DNA of 64,000 nucleotides from Glycera tridactyla. Its lineage: Eukaryota. Of the stretch, positions 24,931 to 37,505 are shown in pieces. How positions within the stretch are numbered: position 1 is the first letter of the stretch; each line of letters begins with the position of its first letter. The DNA lies in contig OZ286464.1 in assembly GCA_965644265.1 (NCBI GenBank), positions 33,232,001-33,296,000 of the forward strand, in the 5' to 3' direction. Made by a program: the position numbers and the translations under genes. The notes beneath the pieces were generated by a model, which did not search any database, was not told the DNA's origin, and saw only the letters and a program-made list of their open reading frames with translations.

Positions 24931-27222
24931 GTGGATTGTTTACATCTGACCGATCAGTCAGAAACAGCTGTTCATTCCAGAACGCTCAGAAAGTATCTCG
25001 GAGCTCAAATGACAGCGCATAGCAGCTTATTCATTACGAGAGCTAAACAATCACAAATACAGCAGTTTGAAGGTCTAAAATCAATTCAAAAGAATTATCC
25101 TTCGAAAATACAGTCCAACGTGATGTCGCAGATCATATAGATCAAAAATCTCAAAGTGGTCACATGTGACAGGTTGGTCTCAATACGGAGGTGCCCTAGA
25201 AAAAGTAGGTCACGGGACTTAGGGACATTACACAAGACTAAGCAAGCCTAGGACGGGTCTGTGCTTAGGATACACGGCGCTTAGGACAGAAATCAAGCTT
25301 ATCAGAGTGGACCTTCTCCGAAAAAGTCTAAATTCAGGCCGGGCACATGAATCACAAGCAGGCACTACGAGTAAACAAACAAGCCTCGGTTTGTCGTCTC
25401 CCCTACGTGTCTATTCCAAGTACGAGTACCAAAAACATTCCACCGGATCTTCAAATGACAAATACGACAGTTGTGGTCATGGAAATTGAAATACCATCAA
25501 GCTAGCATTTGATCGTTAAGCAAACAAGCTTTTGCAAGCCGAAATAGATTCAGAAAACCGAAATTGAAGCATATTTGATTGGTCGATTAATCGATTAATC
25601 GATCCGTTAACCGTCAAAGAATTTCAGATTTTCACACCATATGAACGACGTTAGATTATTACCTTCTCAAAACAAGCTGTTTCCATGAAAATACGATTTT
25701 CAATAAAGAATTTCACTCGGAAAAGAAAAGATTGACTGGATCTCTATTCATATGATCAGGGAAGCTAAAGAAAACAGATCAGCTGTGTGTGCTATTTACG
25801 AAACCAGCAGCAAAGTTCACCTAAGCGGTGACCTGGTTAGTACACATGACAGCGAGCTGCCATTGTCATACCGAGATAGACATGTTCATTTCAACTCAGC
25901 CTACATGGACTGGTAGAGTAGCCGGGTCTATAAACACACAGATTCAGAGAGAAAAGACACAGTCGTCTCTGCTGATATTCCAACTGAAAATGATCTTACA
26001 GAAATATTCCTTTCACTTACTTATTCCTATAAGGAAATCCTGTGAATATAATTGAATTTTGAATGATTCAATCACCTCATTCACACAGAAATCCGATATA
26101 TTACTTAAATGATCAAAATCTGATCCGTAAGAGCTATATTGAAACGTGTTAGCAGTTCATACCCACAGCTTCTCTCACACGGAGGATTCAGTGAGTCCAA
26201 GCTATAAATACAATTTTACAAATTCCTGCATAGCCCTGTTCCACCCATACTGGCGTACTGGACCGGGAACGATACTGGAGGAACACTGCCTAGTTCCACG
26301 CAGTTCCATTTGTTCCAAATTCACCGGAACAGCACAGGGAATCAACAGAAATAGCTAGAACTACCGATATTCACGAGAATTATCAACTAGTTGTTTGGAT
26401 CAGGACGGCATTTATGGAACAAAATCCTATCATCCAAAATGATCCAAAAACATCCAAAGCATGCAAAATTTAGATTTTGACCACGTATGCTCGAAAGACG
26501 GTACATTCAATACAAAACACGGAAGATCCGATGACATGAAATGGCATGATACTAAAAATGGCCATTGGGGAAAATATAGATATTGACTCCTAACAAAGCC
26601 TCCTGAAAGGATCCTAAAACAGTTCTAAATCTCATAAAAACTCACTCGATGTTGTTGAGCTCACTATGGTGTATCGGAGTCCATCATATTAGTCCAAGGC
26701 AGTGATCCTGGAGAAGCAAGATATTCTCTGCTCCCGACTCCGTCAGCTCCGGTGCGTACTCTTCAGGACAGAATTTCCAAGTGCCAGAACTCTTGTCTGG
26801 AACACTTTTATGTAACCGTCCTGAAGAGCCAGCAAAGAGCGGGAAAAAGGAGCGGGAAGAGCGATGTCAAGCTCCCCAAGTCAGCTACCTTGAATGTATT
26901 CGCTCGAGACTTTTCTAGATCTATTCCAGAAGATTTTCTGAGAAATCATGTACATTCCATGTACATTACGGATCACTTTCCTCCTGCGCGACTCCGAGCT
27001 CCTCCTGCTCAGGGAGTCGTTCACTATACTGTGTGATCAACGCTATCGGCAAAAATCCGTCCGATAATCGGCCTATACCTCAGACTAACAATTTTGCTTC
27101 ATAAGATACATTTCCCATCTTCGGGATATCTTTAGCCCCACTACAGATACGTATCGTGTTAAAATATGGCCTTCCTACGTCCATTATTCACAGAGATATC
27201 GCAGTTTCACTGTTTCACCCTA
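24928..27222 (-). repeat. 5' LTR remnant, distal part
   Basis: Direct repeat of 16986-19261, with one 19-bp indel. Confidence 0.92.
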
Positions 27223-27534
27223 TATATGTGCAAAGAAGTATTTGGCTAGCCCTTCAGTAGAAGCCAAGTGCAAATCCCAATCACCATCACGAGTTGCTCG
27301 AACAAAAGCCAAGATCAGTAAAACCATATCCATATACTCATAGAAAACAGTGAACATGGGTTTCTGGCGGTTTTTCTCATTAAAGTCTTGCAGTTGAGGG
27401 AGAACCTTGTCTTTGAGGGTACTTGTCACATGTAGATGGGATTCACTCACCATATCTTTGCCTTTCCACAGGTCTCTAATTGCTTGAAGGGCTATCCTTA
27501 AAAAATGCATCTTGATAGAGAGAATACAAAGCAA
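27220..27534 (-). pseudogene. Frameshifted continuation of the transposase, cut off at FFAH
   Basis: YMDMVLLILAFVRATRDGDWDLHL motif; the stop codon is supplied by the target-site copy. Confidence 0.7.
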
Positions 27535-29833
27535 GCAGTGTAATCACATGAGCATTCAGGGAACGTTTCATATGCTTGCATTCAAGGATCTGTCTTCCAG
27601 TTGTAGGTCCATAGATATTAGACTCTACCCAAGCATCATCAATCCCACTGCCTTCAATGGCTGAACCAACAGTTCGTAAAGCTGCCATCAAAGTGTGAAG
27701 TTCACCAAGACGAAGAACCCATTTTCCAGCACAGTCTTCTCTTGTCATCTCTAAGCGTTTGGCTTTCTCATATAGCTGAAGATCGAGAGTGATGACAGTT
27801 TTTCTTTCTGGTCCAACAACAACAGCATTGATGTGTTGAGCCTGTTTCAGAACCGTTAAAAGAGTCCCCCAATCAGTAGCTGGTGCAGCGACAAGTGGAA
27901 GAACTGAGACACTAGTGATTGGTTTTGGTTTGGTTAAAACTGAATTGTATGCTGACCAGGTTGGGATTTCGTTTGGTTTCTCATTAGTACCATCATTAGA
28001 ATCATCATCTAAAGGAACAGTTTTGGACATTATCCATGCAACATCATGAAGTTTTGTTTCTTGGAGTAGTGTTTCATCTTCACCTGGAACAAATGTCGTG
28101 GAGACAGGCAAAGTTGGTTTCGCATTGCAACTTACATGACACTGCAAAATTTGTTTATCTTTGTAGTGGTCAAGAAACTCTTTCCCACTATTCGGTGATG
28201 GTTTGATAACTGGCACAGTTTCACCTTCATATACCTGTTGAAAGATGGCAGTAGCTGTGGCATGGGTTGTGCCTTTACCATCTGGCGTGTCTTCAGAAAA
28301 ATCAGAGTTATCTATGGCAAAAAAGATGAATCTTCCTTTCACAAGAGCTGGTGGAATATACACACCCAACTCTTCAATTTCTGCAGTGATCGCATTTGCC
28401 AGTTGGTTTTCTAGCTGAAGCAATCTATTGTAATCAACACTCAATCCAAATCCATGCAAAAGATCGATCAGTTGTTTGCTTCTTGTTGACTGATGAACTG
28501 CAATGGCTATGGCCAACTGGAGAGGCCAGTCATGCTTTGAACGGAAGTGAACTTCTCCTTTGCCCTCATGGTAACCTACCTGTCTATCTGTCTTGAAAGA
28601 TTGTAAAATAACATCAGCAATATTGATGATCTGGACATTAGTCATGCCATCCAATTCTGTACCAAATTTAGAGGAGGGTCCTATGATCAACCAACGAAGA
28701 AATGAGAATAATTCTGGTGGTACATGGTCCCCAATATGTGGATCATTAAGTTTTCCTTCGAAAACCCACCCCTTTTTCATATGAGTTGAAATTGTCTGAC
28801 GAAGAAGTCTTGCACATTTGAACACTAGTAGCATATCTCCCTCAGGATCATGTGATGCCTCAACAGTGTTATGTATTGCTTTATCACGTACTGCTTTCTT
28901 AAACACTCTTTCCGATTCATTTTTTCTCACTGGTTTAGAGAATTCAATGTCGGAATTGTGATTGGCCAGTTTATTCTTCAGTACTCGTCGATCAATTCCA
29001 ATATCTGAAACACCATTTGAACACTGTATCTTCTCATACATATTCTGAAGTGCTGCCATGCTTAGTACTGACCCATCAGCTAACATATCATTCACAAAGC
29101 TGAAAAACTCAATGTCACTTGCTACACATCTATAGTTTTCATCATTTAATACATCATCAGACTTTGATACAACTTCATCCGAAGGTTTTGCTCTTTCAAC
29201 ATTCTTCACCCAACATTTCAAATGATATTTCACATCGATAGCACGTGCATCAACGGGATTCAATGCCTCATTCAGTCGTACCTTCAAATAGTCATTACCC
29301 GAGTTCTGAACAGCATTTCTTAGCTTAGTCCCTGCATTGAAAGATGAGACTTCATGCAATTTACTGCTACTGGTAGTCTGGCAGAAAAAACACAGGCTGG
29401 AATTGAATCGGCTAGAAGAAGAACGCGTGAAAGGAATTGCTGAATCACTTGCAGCACCATCACTACATTCTGATGCAAGAGATGGGCGTCCCACTTTTTG
29501 ATTCAGAGCACTTGTTCCAGCATGCAGTGCTTTTTCAAAACGTTTTTTAGCTGCATCAAAATGCTTCTTGTGGCAAGTGTCAGAGTAGCATGTTCGATGC
29601 CAAGTCGCCTTTTTCACTATGAGAGAGTCTGCAGTTTCCTGCTGCAGCCTTGCAGAAATACTGGGATAACTTCCTTCCCCATATTCAGCACGTCCTCTAA
29701 CATATGTGAGAAGGGTCTGGTAAGATTTTTCTGCAGGGGTGTTGATCAAGTTTCCTGGTAGCTGACATATGACGCAGAGGCTGAAGTCAGTTTCTTTGCG
29801 GATCTTGGTTGGCGGGTGATCCTCTTCATCCAT
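27476..29833 (-). CDS. DDE transposase, N-terminal 785 aa, most like Academ (AcademX type)
   Basis: CVIC/WHRTCY/CFFC/YHLKC Zn-ligand motifs; AIDNSDFSEDTPDGKGTTH; ITLDLQLYEKA; RLGELHTLMAAL..GSG. Family assigned from recalled motifs, not from a search. Confidence 0.7.
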   Translation of the reverse strand: MDEEDHPPTKIRKETDFSLCVICQLPGNLINTPAEKSYQTLLTYVRGRAEYGEGSYPSISARLQQETADSLIVKKATWHRTCYSDTCHKKHFDAAKKRFEKALHAGTSALNQKVGRPSLASECSDGAASDSAIPFTRSSSSRFNSSLCFFCQTTSSSKLHEVSSFNAGTKLRNAVQNSGNDYLKVRLNEALNPVDARAIDVKYHLKCWVKNVERAKPSDEVVSKSDDVLNDENYRCVASDIEFFSFVNDMLADGSVLSMAALQNMYEKIQCSNGVSDIGIDRRVLKNKLANHNSDIEFSKPVRKNESERVFKKAVRDKAIHNTVEASHDPEGDMLLVFKCARLLRQTISTHMKKGWVFEGKLNDPHIGDHVPPELFSFLRWLIIGPSSKFGTELDGMTNVQIINIADVILQSFKTDRQVGYHEGKGEVHFRSKHDWPLQLAIAIAVHQSTRSKQLIDLLHGFGLSVDYNRLLQLENQLANAITAEIEELGVYIPPALVKGRFIFFAIDNSDFSEDTPDGKGTTHATATAIFQQVYEGETVPVIKPSPNSGKEFLDHYKDKQILQCHVSCNAKPTLPVSTTFVPGEDETLLQETKLHDVAWIMSKTVPLDDDSNDGTNEKPNEIPTWSAYNSVLTKPKPITSVSVLPLVAAPATDWGTLLTVLKQAQHINAVVVGPERKTVITLDLQLYEKAKRLEMTREDCAGKWVLRLGELHTLMAALRTVGSAIEGSGIDDAWVESNIYGPTTGRQILECKHMKRSLNAHVITLLALYSLYQDAFFKDSPSSN

Positions 29834-30384
29834 CGCTTCGCTGTTTCAAGATGGATGGAAAGACTCTCTTCACCACATCCGGACGACTTGACTACAGCCA
29901 AAACCCCTGAAACAGTTCCACAAATAATTTAGTCNNNNNNNNNNNNNNNNNNNNNNNNNNNNNNNNNNNNNNNNNNNNNNNNNNNNNNNNNNNNNNNNNN
30001 NNNNNNNNNNNNNNNNNNNNNNNNNNNNNNNNNNNNNNNNNNNNNNNNNNNNNNNNNNNNNNNNNNNNNNNNNNNNNNNNNNNNNNNNNNNNNNNNNNNN
30101 NNNNNNNNNNNNNNNNNNNNNNNNNNNNNNNNNNNNNNNNNNNNNNNNNCGGGAATCTGGCTTGCCATATATACATTCACCGTGGGTGGAGAAGGCCCGT
30201 CACTTGGTTACATTACTGCCTGACCACAGTAGGCGTCAGCCATATTGAGGAACGAGGCTACAGAAGCCATAAATAGGTCAAGGGAGGTGGGTACTTCTGC
30301 ATCACATATGTTAAAATTGCCCCGGATTATTTTGTCTATCAATATTCATTGATTACATTAAACCACATGTACCAGTCCATTTTT

Positions 30385-30520
30385 TATGTATGTGTGTTTA
30401 TATGTATATGTGCACATGTGTGAGTGTGAGCATGCATGTGTGTATGTGTACATACATGTGTGTGCATACATGCATATGTTTGTATGTATGTGTGTGTGTA
30501 TATGTGTGCATGCATATGTT
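30385..30520. repeat. Degenerate (TG/TA)n tract inside the transposon 5' region
   Basis: Direct reading. Confidence 0.8.
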
Positions 30521-31238
30521 CAGTGCAAGGCACCATTCATCCTGCTTTCAATGGATTTGATGAAACAAACAACATTTGATATTTTCTGTATATCCCTGTT
30601 CTTTATCCTGTGACGGAAATGGTATAAACACATCTATAGAGGCAAAATATCTGCAGGCACTTTCATGTCTATCAATGAAGAGAAGACTTCTGTTAATGGG
30701 TGAATCACACTAAGAGCCAAAATACATGAATTGACTGAGATTTTTTTCCACTCAAAAGAAACAATCAGCATGAGAAAATACTGAGAAAAGAATATATCAA
30801 ACTTACCAGATAAATGGTGAATCCTGAAGCTCAAATTGTCCAATACTCGTGTGATTTTGTGACTGGTGTTACACAAGGCTGCATGCTCTTCTAGGTGATA
30901 ATATTGTCGGGGAATGTGAGTGAGGGGTGGGGGTGAGAGGGATTTCCCCCTCCTTAATCACCCAACCACCATACCAGGGTGTCGGATTGCCCATCAGTTA
31001 AGTCGATTAGTGTGGTCGCTTACATATTCGGGGAGTATGGAGAGCCCACCACACATTACAATTTTTTCCCAAATCCTGCAACTTTGATATCATTTTTCTC
31101 AATGAAAAATTCATTGAAAAAATTTCCAACAACCATTTTTATGTTCTCCAGAGTATGCTTGATGCAACCATATAAGTTGGATAAAATTAACATTCCAAGC
31201 ACACGGGACCCAAATATGCTACATAAGCCACCGGACTA

Positions 31239-31556
31239 CTAGAAACACTGCAAGCAGGGCACCCACCGAGAACGGCGAGTCCACCGCGTGTAACTCGAAC
31301 TCTAGTTGCCACACCAACAACCAGATAGGTGAAACAACTAATATTAGAAAACTAACAGGATCACAACTGTTTTTCAACTAGTATAAGTGAAAATATCTCA
31401 TGCTTCTGGAGTAGAAAGTAATTTATACCCTCCTGGTAGCGTAAAACTAGTGCCGCGGGCCTCAAAAGAGGAATTCCGCGAATTCCGCTACCAGAAATCC
31501 CTATATTGTTCATGTTTTTCTAACAAACTTCACGTCGTCAAAAACGTGGCGTTACA
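31239..31556 (-). repeat. 5' LTR remnant, proximal part
   Basis: Direct repeat of 19259-19576 ending GTTACA. Confidence 0.92.
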
Positions 31557-33645
31557 AGAGAATAATTCATGTCTGGATGGTGGAAATCGATTGAAACATC
31601 ACTTCACACAAGAATTGTTGACAGTTTCGATGGTGTAAACGAAAGCCGCCATCTTGGATTTTCTCAAATGACAGGGTCTCCTTGATGACTCTGTAAGTCA
31701 GTTTTTGTACGCCGACCTATCCGCGAACAATACTGCGCATAGTATATGTTTTCTAAATATTGAGCAATTTCAATCCATTGAAACTGTATCGTACTCAACG
31801 TCCCGTGCGTCGAGCACATTCTGTCTTCTGCGCAGGTTGGCGAGGCCTAGAAGTACTTCACAGAAACCATCCAGTCGAACAGGGTAAGAGATAGGTCCTA
31901 ATGTATACCATTCACTTCATAGGCACATCTCCATCCACTCATATCTTGTTAGTATACGAATCAGATTACCACGAGATTTTCCCATCAATATGTTTTATGC
32001 ATTTGCTATCCAGGATCAGTAATGGTATTGTGATAAAACATGCAGGGACTTCTGTCTCCGAGCAATGGAATGGCCTACTTGGTGGGGTTTTGCGAGGTTG
32101 CTAGCTGACTACATACCAGACTCACTCTTGCATTAAATCCATATTTTGTCATCGTAGAAATTTAATGTCAGTAGGGTTCGAAAAGCCCTAGAGGGTGTAA
32201 GTCTTCAACGGGCTTCAAAGCATTTCCATGGTCCGACAAAAATATTGCAAGGACACAATTCAATTCCTTAAGCGAGAAAAAACTTCCGACAATGAGCAGC
32301 AAAGAATTGGAACAGTTACATTTATATGTAACACATACTTTCAAGCTAGATATTCCTAAAATACTTGAGATTCATTGATGTATCATGATATGTTCGGGCC
32401 TATGATTCGCTGATGTTTCATAAAATATGCAGGGTCATACCACACACCATGTCGTATTCATTTCACTCAGTTTCATCTCATATTCACTCTTGTATATGTT
32501 CATCTAATCAATTATTGAAATCGTATTCTATCATTGAACATACTTCTGTCGTCATCCCCGAAACGAACACAATTGTGTCTAATTGTCACGATGACGTCAC
32601 ATAGAGTTTAAATCAAATCAAATCAAATTGTCACTCCACACTATGTACACACATTCCACGACATATAAATCACAGCTCAGTCTAATTTATATGCACTGTG
32701 CACATTACAGAGATATAATCCTGATTTGAACGACAGTCTTTCTTGGCCCAACCAATTCCAAGGAAGTTTCTGTGACGTATCAGAGCGATTATGTCGGGAA
32801 CCACAGTTCAAACTACCGCATTCATCGACCACTCTCCACGCTGACAGTACTCTGTCTACATTATGCTCAGATCAGTGGCATACCTCTTTAGATATGCAAC
32901 TATTCCGACTCTTCTACTGCCATGTTATGTCGAAACAATCTCATGATATCAGGCTCGCCGACAAAACAAAGGACTTGAACATTGCATCATTGTTGACAAA
33001 CAACCAAGGGATCGAAAAAGTCAAAAAGATGAAGAACCAAGATTTAGTATCGAACACCAACCGGACTTTTTGATTATCACGTAATGAATTTGAGGTCCAA
33101 GGCAATCTTTCGGACTGCATTTCTAGGTAGGCTACGGCCAATTTTGAACCTAAGAACGTGCACAATGTGTCAATACAGTTTTAATGGGCAAATTCTACCG
33201 TGCTTCTGTGCGTGGATCAGCAGAACCCAACCACAAACAGGAAACCGGGTCCAGAAGCAAACCATGACTTAAGTCATTGTCTCAAATACAGGATGGCTGA
33301 ACGGACTTTCAGGCATCCAGTTCCCTGTAACTGGGATGCCTTAATTAGTACTCACCCCTACATCGTGATATCAGAGCTGGACTGCCTGGGAAACTGTTGG
33401 GCTCTACGATAGAGATACCTCATAGACTATCGTATTGTACCGATTTTACAGATCTTATCAATGAATAAGGAATTATTTGCATGTTTGCAATTCTTCCATT
33501 CATCTATCCTTCATCCATTATTTTCTTCATTCACTCATTCAATTAACTCATTTTATATTTATTCAGTCTTTGTTCTCATGATCAAATACATCACTCATAC
33601 ATTTCATCTCATATCATATCATCTTTTCATCACTCATGTCATATT

Positions 33646-33869
33646 CATAATTTGCTGTCTCAGCGAGTTATTTCAAATCGTCATTTCGGAAACGTTTGCA
33701 CTTATTTCATGCAACTGTTAACACAAATATAGATAAACCAATCAATCAATCGATCAATCAATCATTCAGTCATAATTCGCTGTCTCAGCGAGTTATATCA
33801 AATCGTAATATCGAAAATGTTCGCACTTATTGTATGCAACTGTTATGACGAATTCAGATGAAGCAATCG

Positions 33870-33905
<36 letters not shown>
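33646..33905. repeat. Two-copy 125-bp tandem duplication ending in (ATCA)n
   Basis: CATAATT.GCTGTCTCAGCGAGTTAT at 33646 and 33771. Confidence 0.8.
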
Positions 33906-33912
<7 letters not shown>

Positions 33913-36900
33913 TCTACTCTGAATCCTTCTATTCAGAATCTTTCCATTAATCATTTCATCATCCTCTACTATTTTAGTCATCTCTCAAATGTCAACAATC
34001 ATGTTTCTGAAACCTTCACTGTGAATTTATTCTAGTAGAACTATCTCTCAGTCAGAATAATGGTCGGCAGTGTTTCCCGCGTAGCGTTAACGTGACATCT
34101 GTATTTACCGCCAGTGGCAGTTTGTGCACATAGAACATGGACAAGAGCAGGTCCTGGATGGGTCAGATTTTAAGGGATAATTTAACCTCGTACTCCTGTC
34201 ACACGAAGTCAATCCTCGAAACTATTCCGGCACATTTCAGATTATCATCATTCGAGTCATATTATCCCATCTGATCAAGTTTGTTCTCATGATCCACGGT
34301 GTCGAAGGCATTGTTAGGCTCAGAAAACTCATTATCCTGTGTACAATGTCTATACTTTGTCGACGACGATTTCGTTTGGGTACTTGGCCATTGGGAATTG
34401 GAGAAATACTGATGAGGGCGATAAATGGGAGGGGTTGAGCTCTCGTCTATCATTGCTCGATTTCTCTCGCTGACTTTCATCGATTTGATTGAGTGAATTC
34501 CAATGTAACAGTTCACCGGATATGCGATATATTCAGAATTATTTCCACTCGCTATGAATGGCCATTTTCGATTTGCCCATCATTGACAGGGATGATCTAG
34601 AGGATGATCACATCAACGTAAATAAGCACTACTTGAGTTGTTGGCTATTCCTGATGTCTTAAATATGTCACTCAATATTCATCTGGTACGCGGTAATTTT
34701 ACTGCTTTGGAGACAGTCTTATACTCGAATGGGTGGAGGGATGTGGATCTGACTACACCATTTCCGACTGATATGTGGAAATCCTTCGTCATAGCAAAAT
34801 TTATATTGAGTAAATTTTTGAGGTTTTTTGCTGGAGCTTTTGTACTTGTACCAAAAAGATATGTTGTGAATGTGAAAGGAGACAAATGACTATCAGCTTG
34901 TTTCCAGTCTTGAATTTTGGTGATTCCTGAGTCATTGGTACTTCACGTTCACTCATCTCAGTTTTAGTCCTTCTTGGTAAGATCATGATGAATATTGTTT
35001 CTGAATCTCGAATTCGATCAAAAAGTGAGAGTTTCTAGAAGATACCTTCACCATTTCCCAGACAGCGCTTGTAGTCAGTCCATTAACAACTAAGACAAAA
35101 AAACTCATCATATATCATGTAAAAGTGACGGGCATACTATCGGTCTACAAAATGTGCTGAGTTAGCGCTTTGAATTCCCTCTAATGTCCTATTATTATTG
35201 AATTCACTAAGGTGACATAAAATGACCTTGTTTCAAGACGGTAACTGCAGCATTGTACATATTGCAACCTGGTACCAGATGGTGTCCAATAATATCGGAG
35301 ACCGGCAGAAATCAATCTCCCAGACAAGGATCATAAATGAGATAAAAGGACCCCAGAAGAGTTGATACACATTGTTCAATTTTGGGGCAGAATCCATTTG
35401 ATTCACCTAGCATTGTTAGGACCACGAACGCTCCATTGTCATATGTTGTAATCAAAGGAGTTACAGTGTAATCAGAGCGTCTGTCGGTGGAGGCAATATT
35501 TCATTTGGAAGCTGCTTGCCTCCCTCCTCAGATAAGATGCTGATCTTGCTCCCGGCAACCAGTCTCTTCAACTTATCTAACAGCCAGCTGAAGGTGGGAT
35601 TTGTGGAATGAAGGACACGCTAAGCCCTCTGAGGCACGTGATCCCGGAACGAGTGGCTTGACTATCTTCCTGCATGAATTTGAATTCGTTCCCATGTTTT
35701 TTACCCGCTTGGTGTCATTTCCAGCTTTTCACCATGCCCCAGTGTGTGGCTGGTTTGCCAGAGAGACCGACAGACGGACGGAGAGACAGGCTGACGGACA
35801 GACAGACAGACTTCAGATATCACCAAAGGATGAATTATTTAGTATGATGGTAACGCGGAACCATCCTCGCAATGTACTTGGTTGCCAAGGTAACCGTTGA
35901 AAGCTAGACAAAAATCAGAATTAACTCGCCAGTCGAAATATGAGTATTTGATGCATATCCTAATGATGCCGTTTATCATTTAGATATCAGATATTTGATA
36001 TCAGTTCATCTCTTTCCTATGATTGCTATGGTAAGTAATGAGAATGAAAAAACACAGTGGGAGGAAATCGCATTATCTCTCATAGTGCATGACAGGGATA
36101 TCCCGACTCCATACTCTGTGCTGATGAAAACATACGCTCAGAAGAGGGCACATGTAACCATGCATATATGGTGTGCTCGGAATGCTTTGATTAGAGTGAT
36201 CATATGCCGCACATGGAAGTGTGATATAGCACGTGAAACTCCATCGATCATTCGATTTCATCAGACATGAATTCACATGATGATGATAATGACCATGTCC
36301 ATTTTCGCCCACAGCACATGATAGTCAATCAAAATTGATTTCATCATTCAGGTCATTTTCGTTCACTTGCTCGTATCAGGACATATTCATGGAGATGAAC
36401 TCCAATTCTTTAGTGAACAAGACGACTAAGAAAAGCTTCTTGCCAATTAATCCGGATTGATAATCCGAGCATGGATGTAACGGCCCCATACAATTTGTCT
36501 CAACGATTGAATTTTCTGTCTGAAACCATGGATACGGGTGAAATTAAGTATGAGTAACTATAATTTTGATTCGACGATCGCTCATTGGGCAGCAACATCT
36601 TCAATGCGACTTCCCGAAATTTGGCCTCGATGAAGCTTTGAAGTCTTTCGACAAACAAAGTTAAGCCCTATATGCGAATTAGAACAACGCATTTATCCCA
36701 AACACACGCCCCTGAAATGCATAGAACAAGTTACACTAGGAGAAAATAGGATTCTAATTGCTTTTGATCATGCCCAGGAATGCTCTAATGAGACGAGTTG
36801 TTTCTTCACTAATTCTCCATCCATACGCTAATTAACTCACATGTGCTAACACCAGGTTCTTCGAGGTAAGACGGGGGGGGGGGGGGGGGAGTTGGCTGTC

Positions 36901-37339
36901 CTAAAAGAAGGCTACCCGTCCCTATTCCCATTGGTCGAATGGTTGAATGGCTGGTTGTAATTATCTCCTGAACGACACCTGGGCTATATTGAGACGCCGT
37001 CGTTAAACCCAACTCAATCAATCACCCCAATTCAAAGTCGTTTGGCGAAAATCCACTCACGTATGGACCTCATGGCGAGAAACCTTGCCCATGTGAGATA
37101 CATGCTATACCTAATTAGATGGTATTTGATTGGGGTTTCGATCAGTCCAGGTCGATTCCCAATGTAGATAGCACCAAGTTGGACCAGCTCAATCTTTCAC
37201 CTGTATGGAGTCCAATACCACAAATATCGCTTGTGAGGATAATCCTCCCTCGCTGTGGAAGATACCATTTATATTCCACATCTTCATATTCCAATGTAAA
37301 AAAGAGGTAACTGTCGTTCCGATTTGAGAAGACCCCATT

Positions 37340-37505
37340 ATGACGGTGACGGTGACGGTGACGATGACGGTGACCATGACGGTGACGGTGATGATGACGA
37401 CGACGGTGACGGTGATGATGACGACGACGGCCACAACGATGATGGTGGTGATGGTGGTGAAGATGATGATGATGACGATGTTGTTGTTGTTTATGATGTT
37501 GATGT
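37340..37505. repeat. GAC/GAT/GGT trinucleotide-derived low-complexity tract
   Basis: GACGGT and GATGAT units. Confidence 0.8.

Larger units (their letters stand above)
27223..31238 (-). mobile_element. Academ-like DNA transposon, 3'-truncated, inserted in the 5' LTR
   Basis: CTA is single at 19259-19261 but duplicated at 27220-27222 and 31239-31241; intact end reads TAGTCCGGTGG on the minus strand; contains a transposase ORF. Confidence 0.75.
14438..31556 (-). mobile_element. Ty3/Gypsy LTR retrotransposon, defective, with nested insertions
   Basis: Termini TGTAAT (14438) and GTTACA (31556); AGAG at both 14434-14437 and 31557-31560; PR-RT-RH-INT order on the minus strand; long direct repeats. 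Confidence 0.9.

Noticed and set aside
34262-34640. AFDTVDHE and LIYVDVII RT-like words on the minus strand
   Set aside because: Too short and not supported by flanking motifs; at most a very old retroelement scrap.
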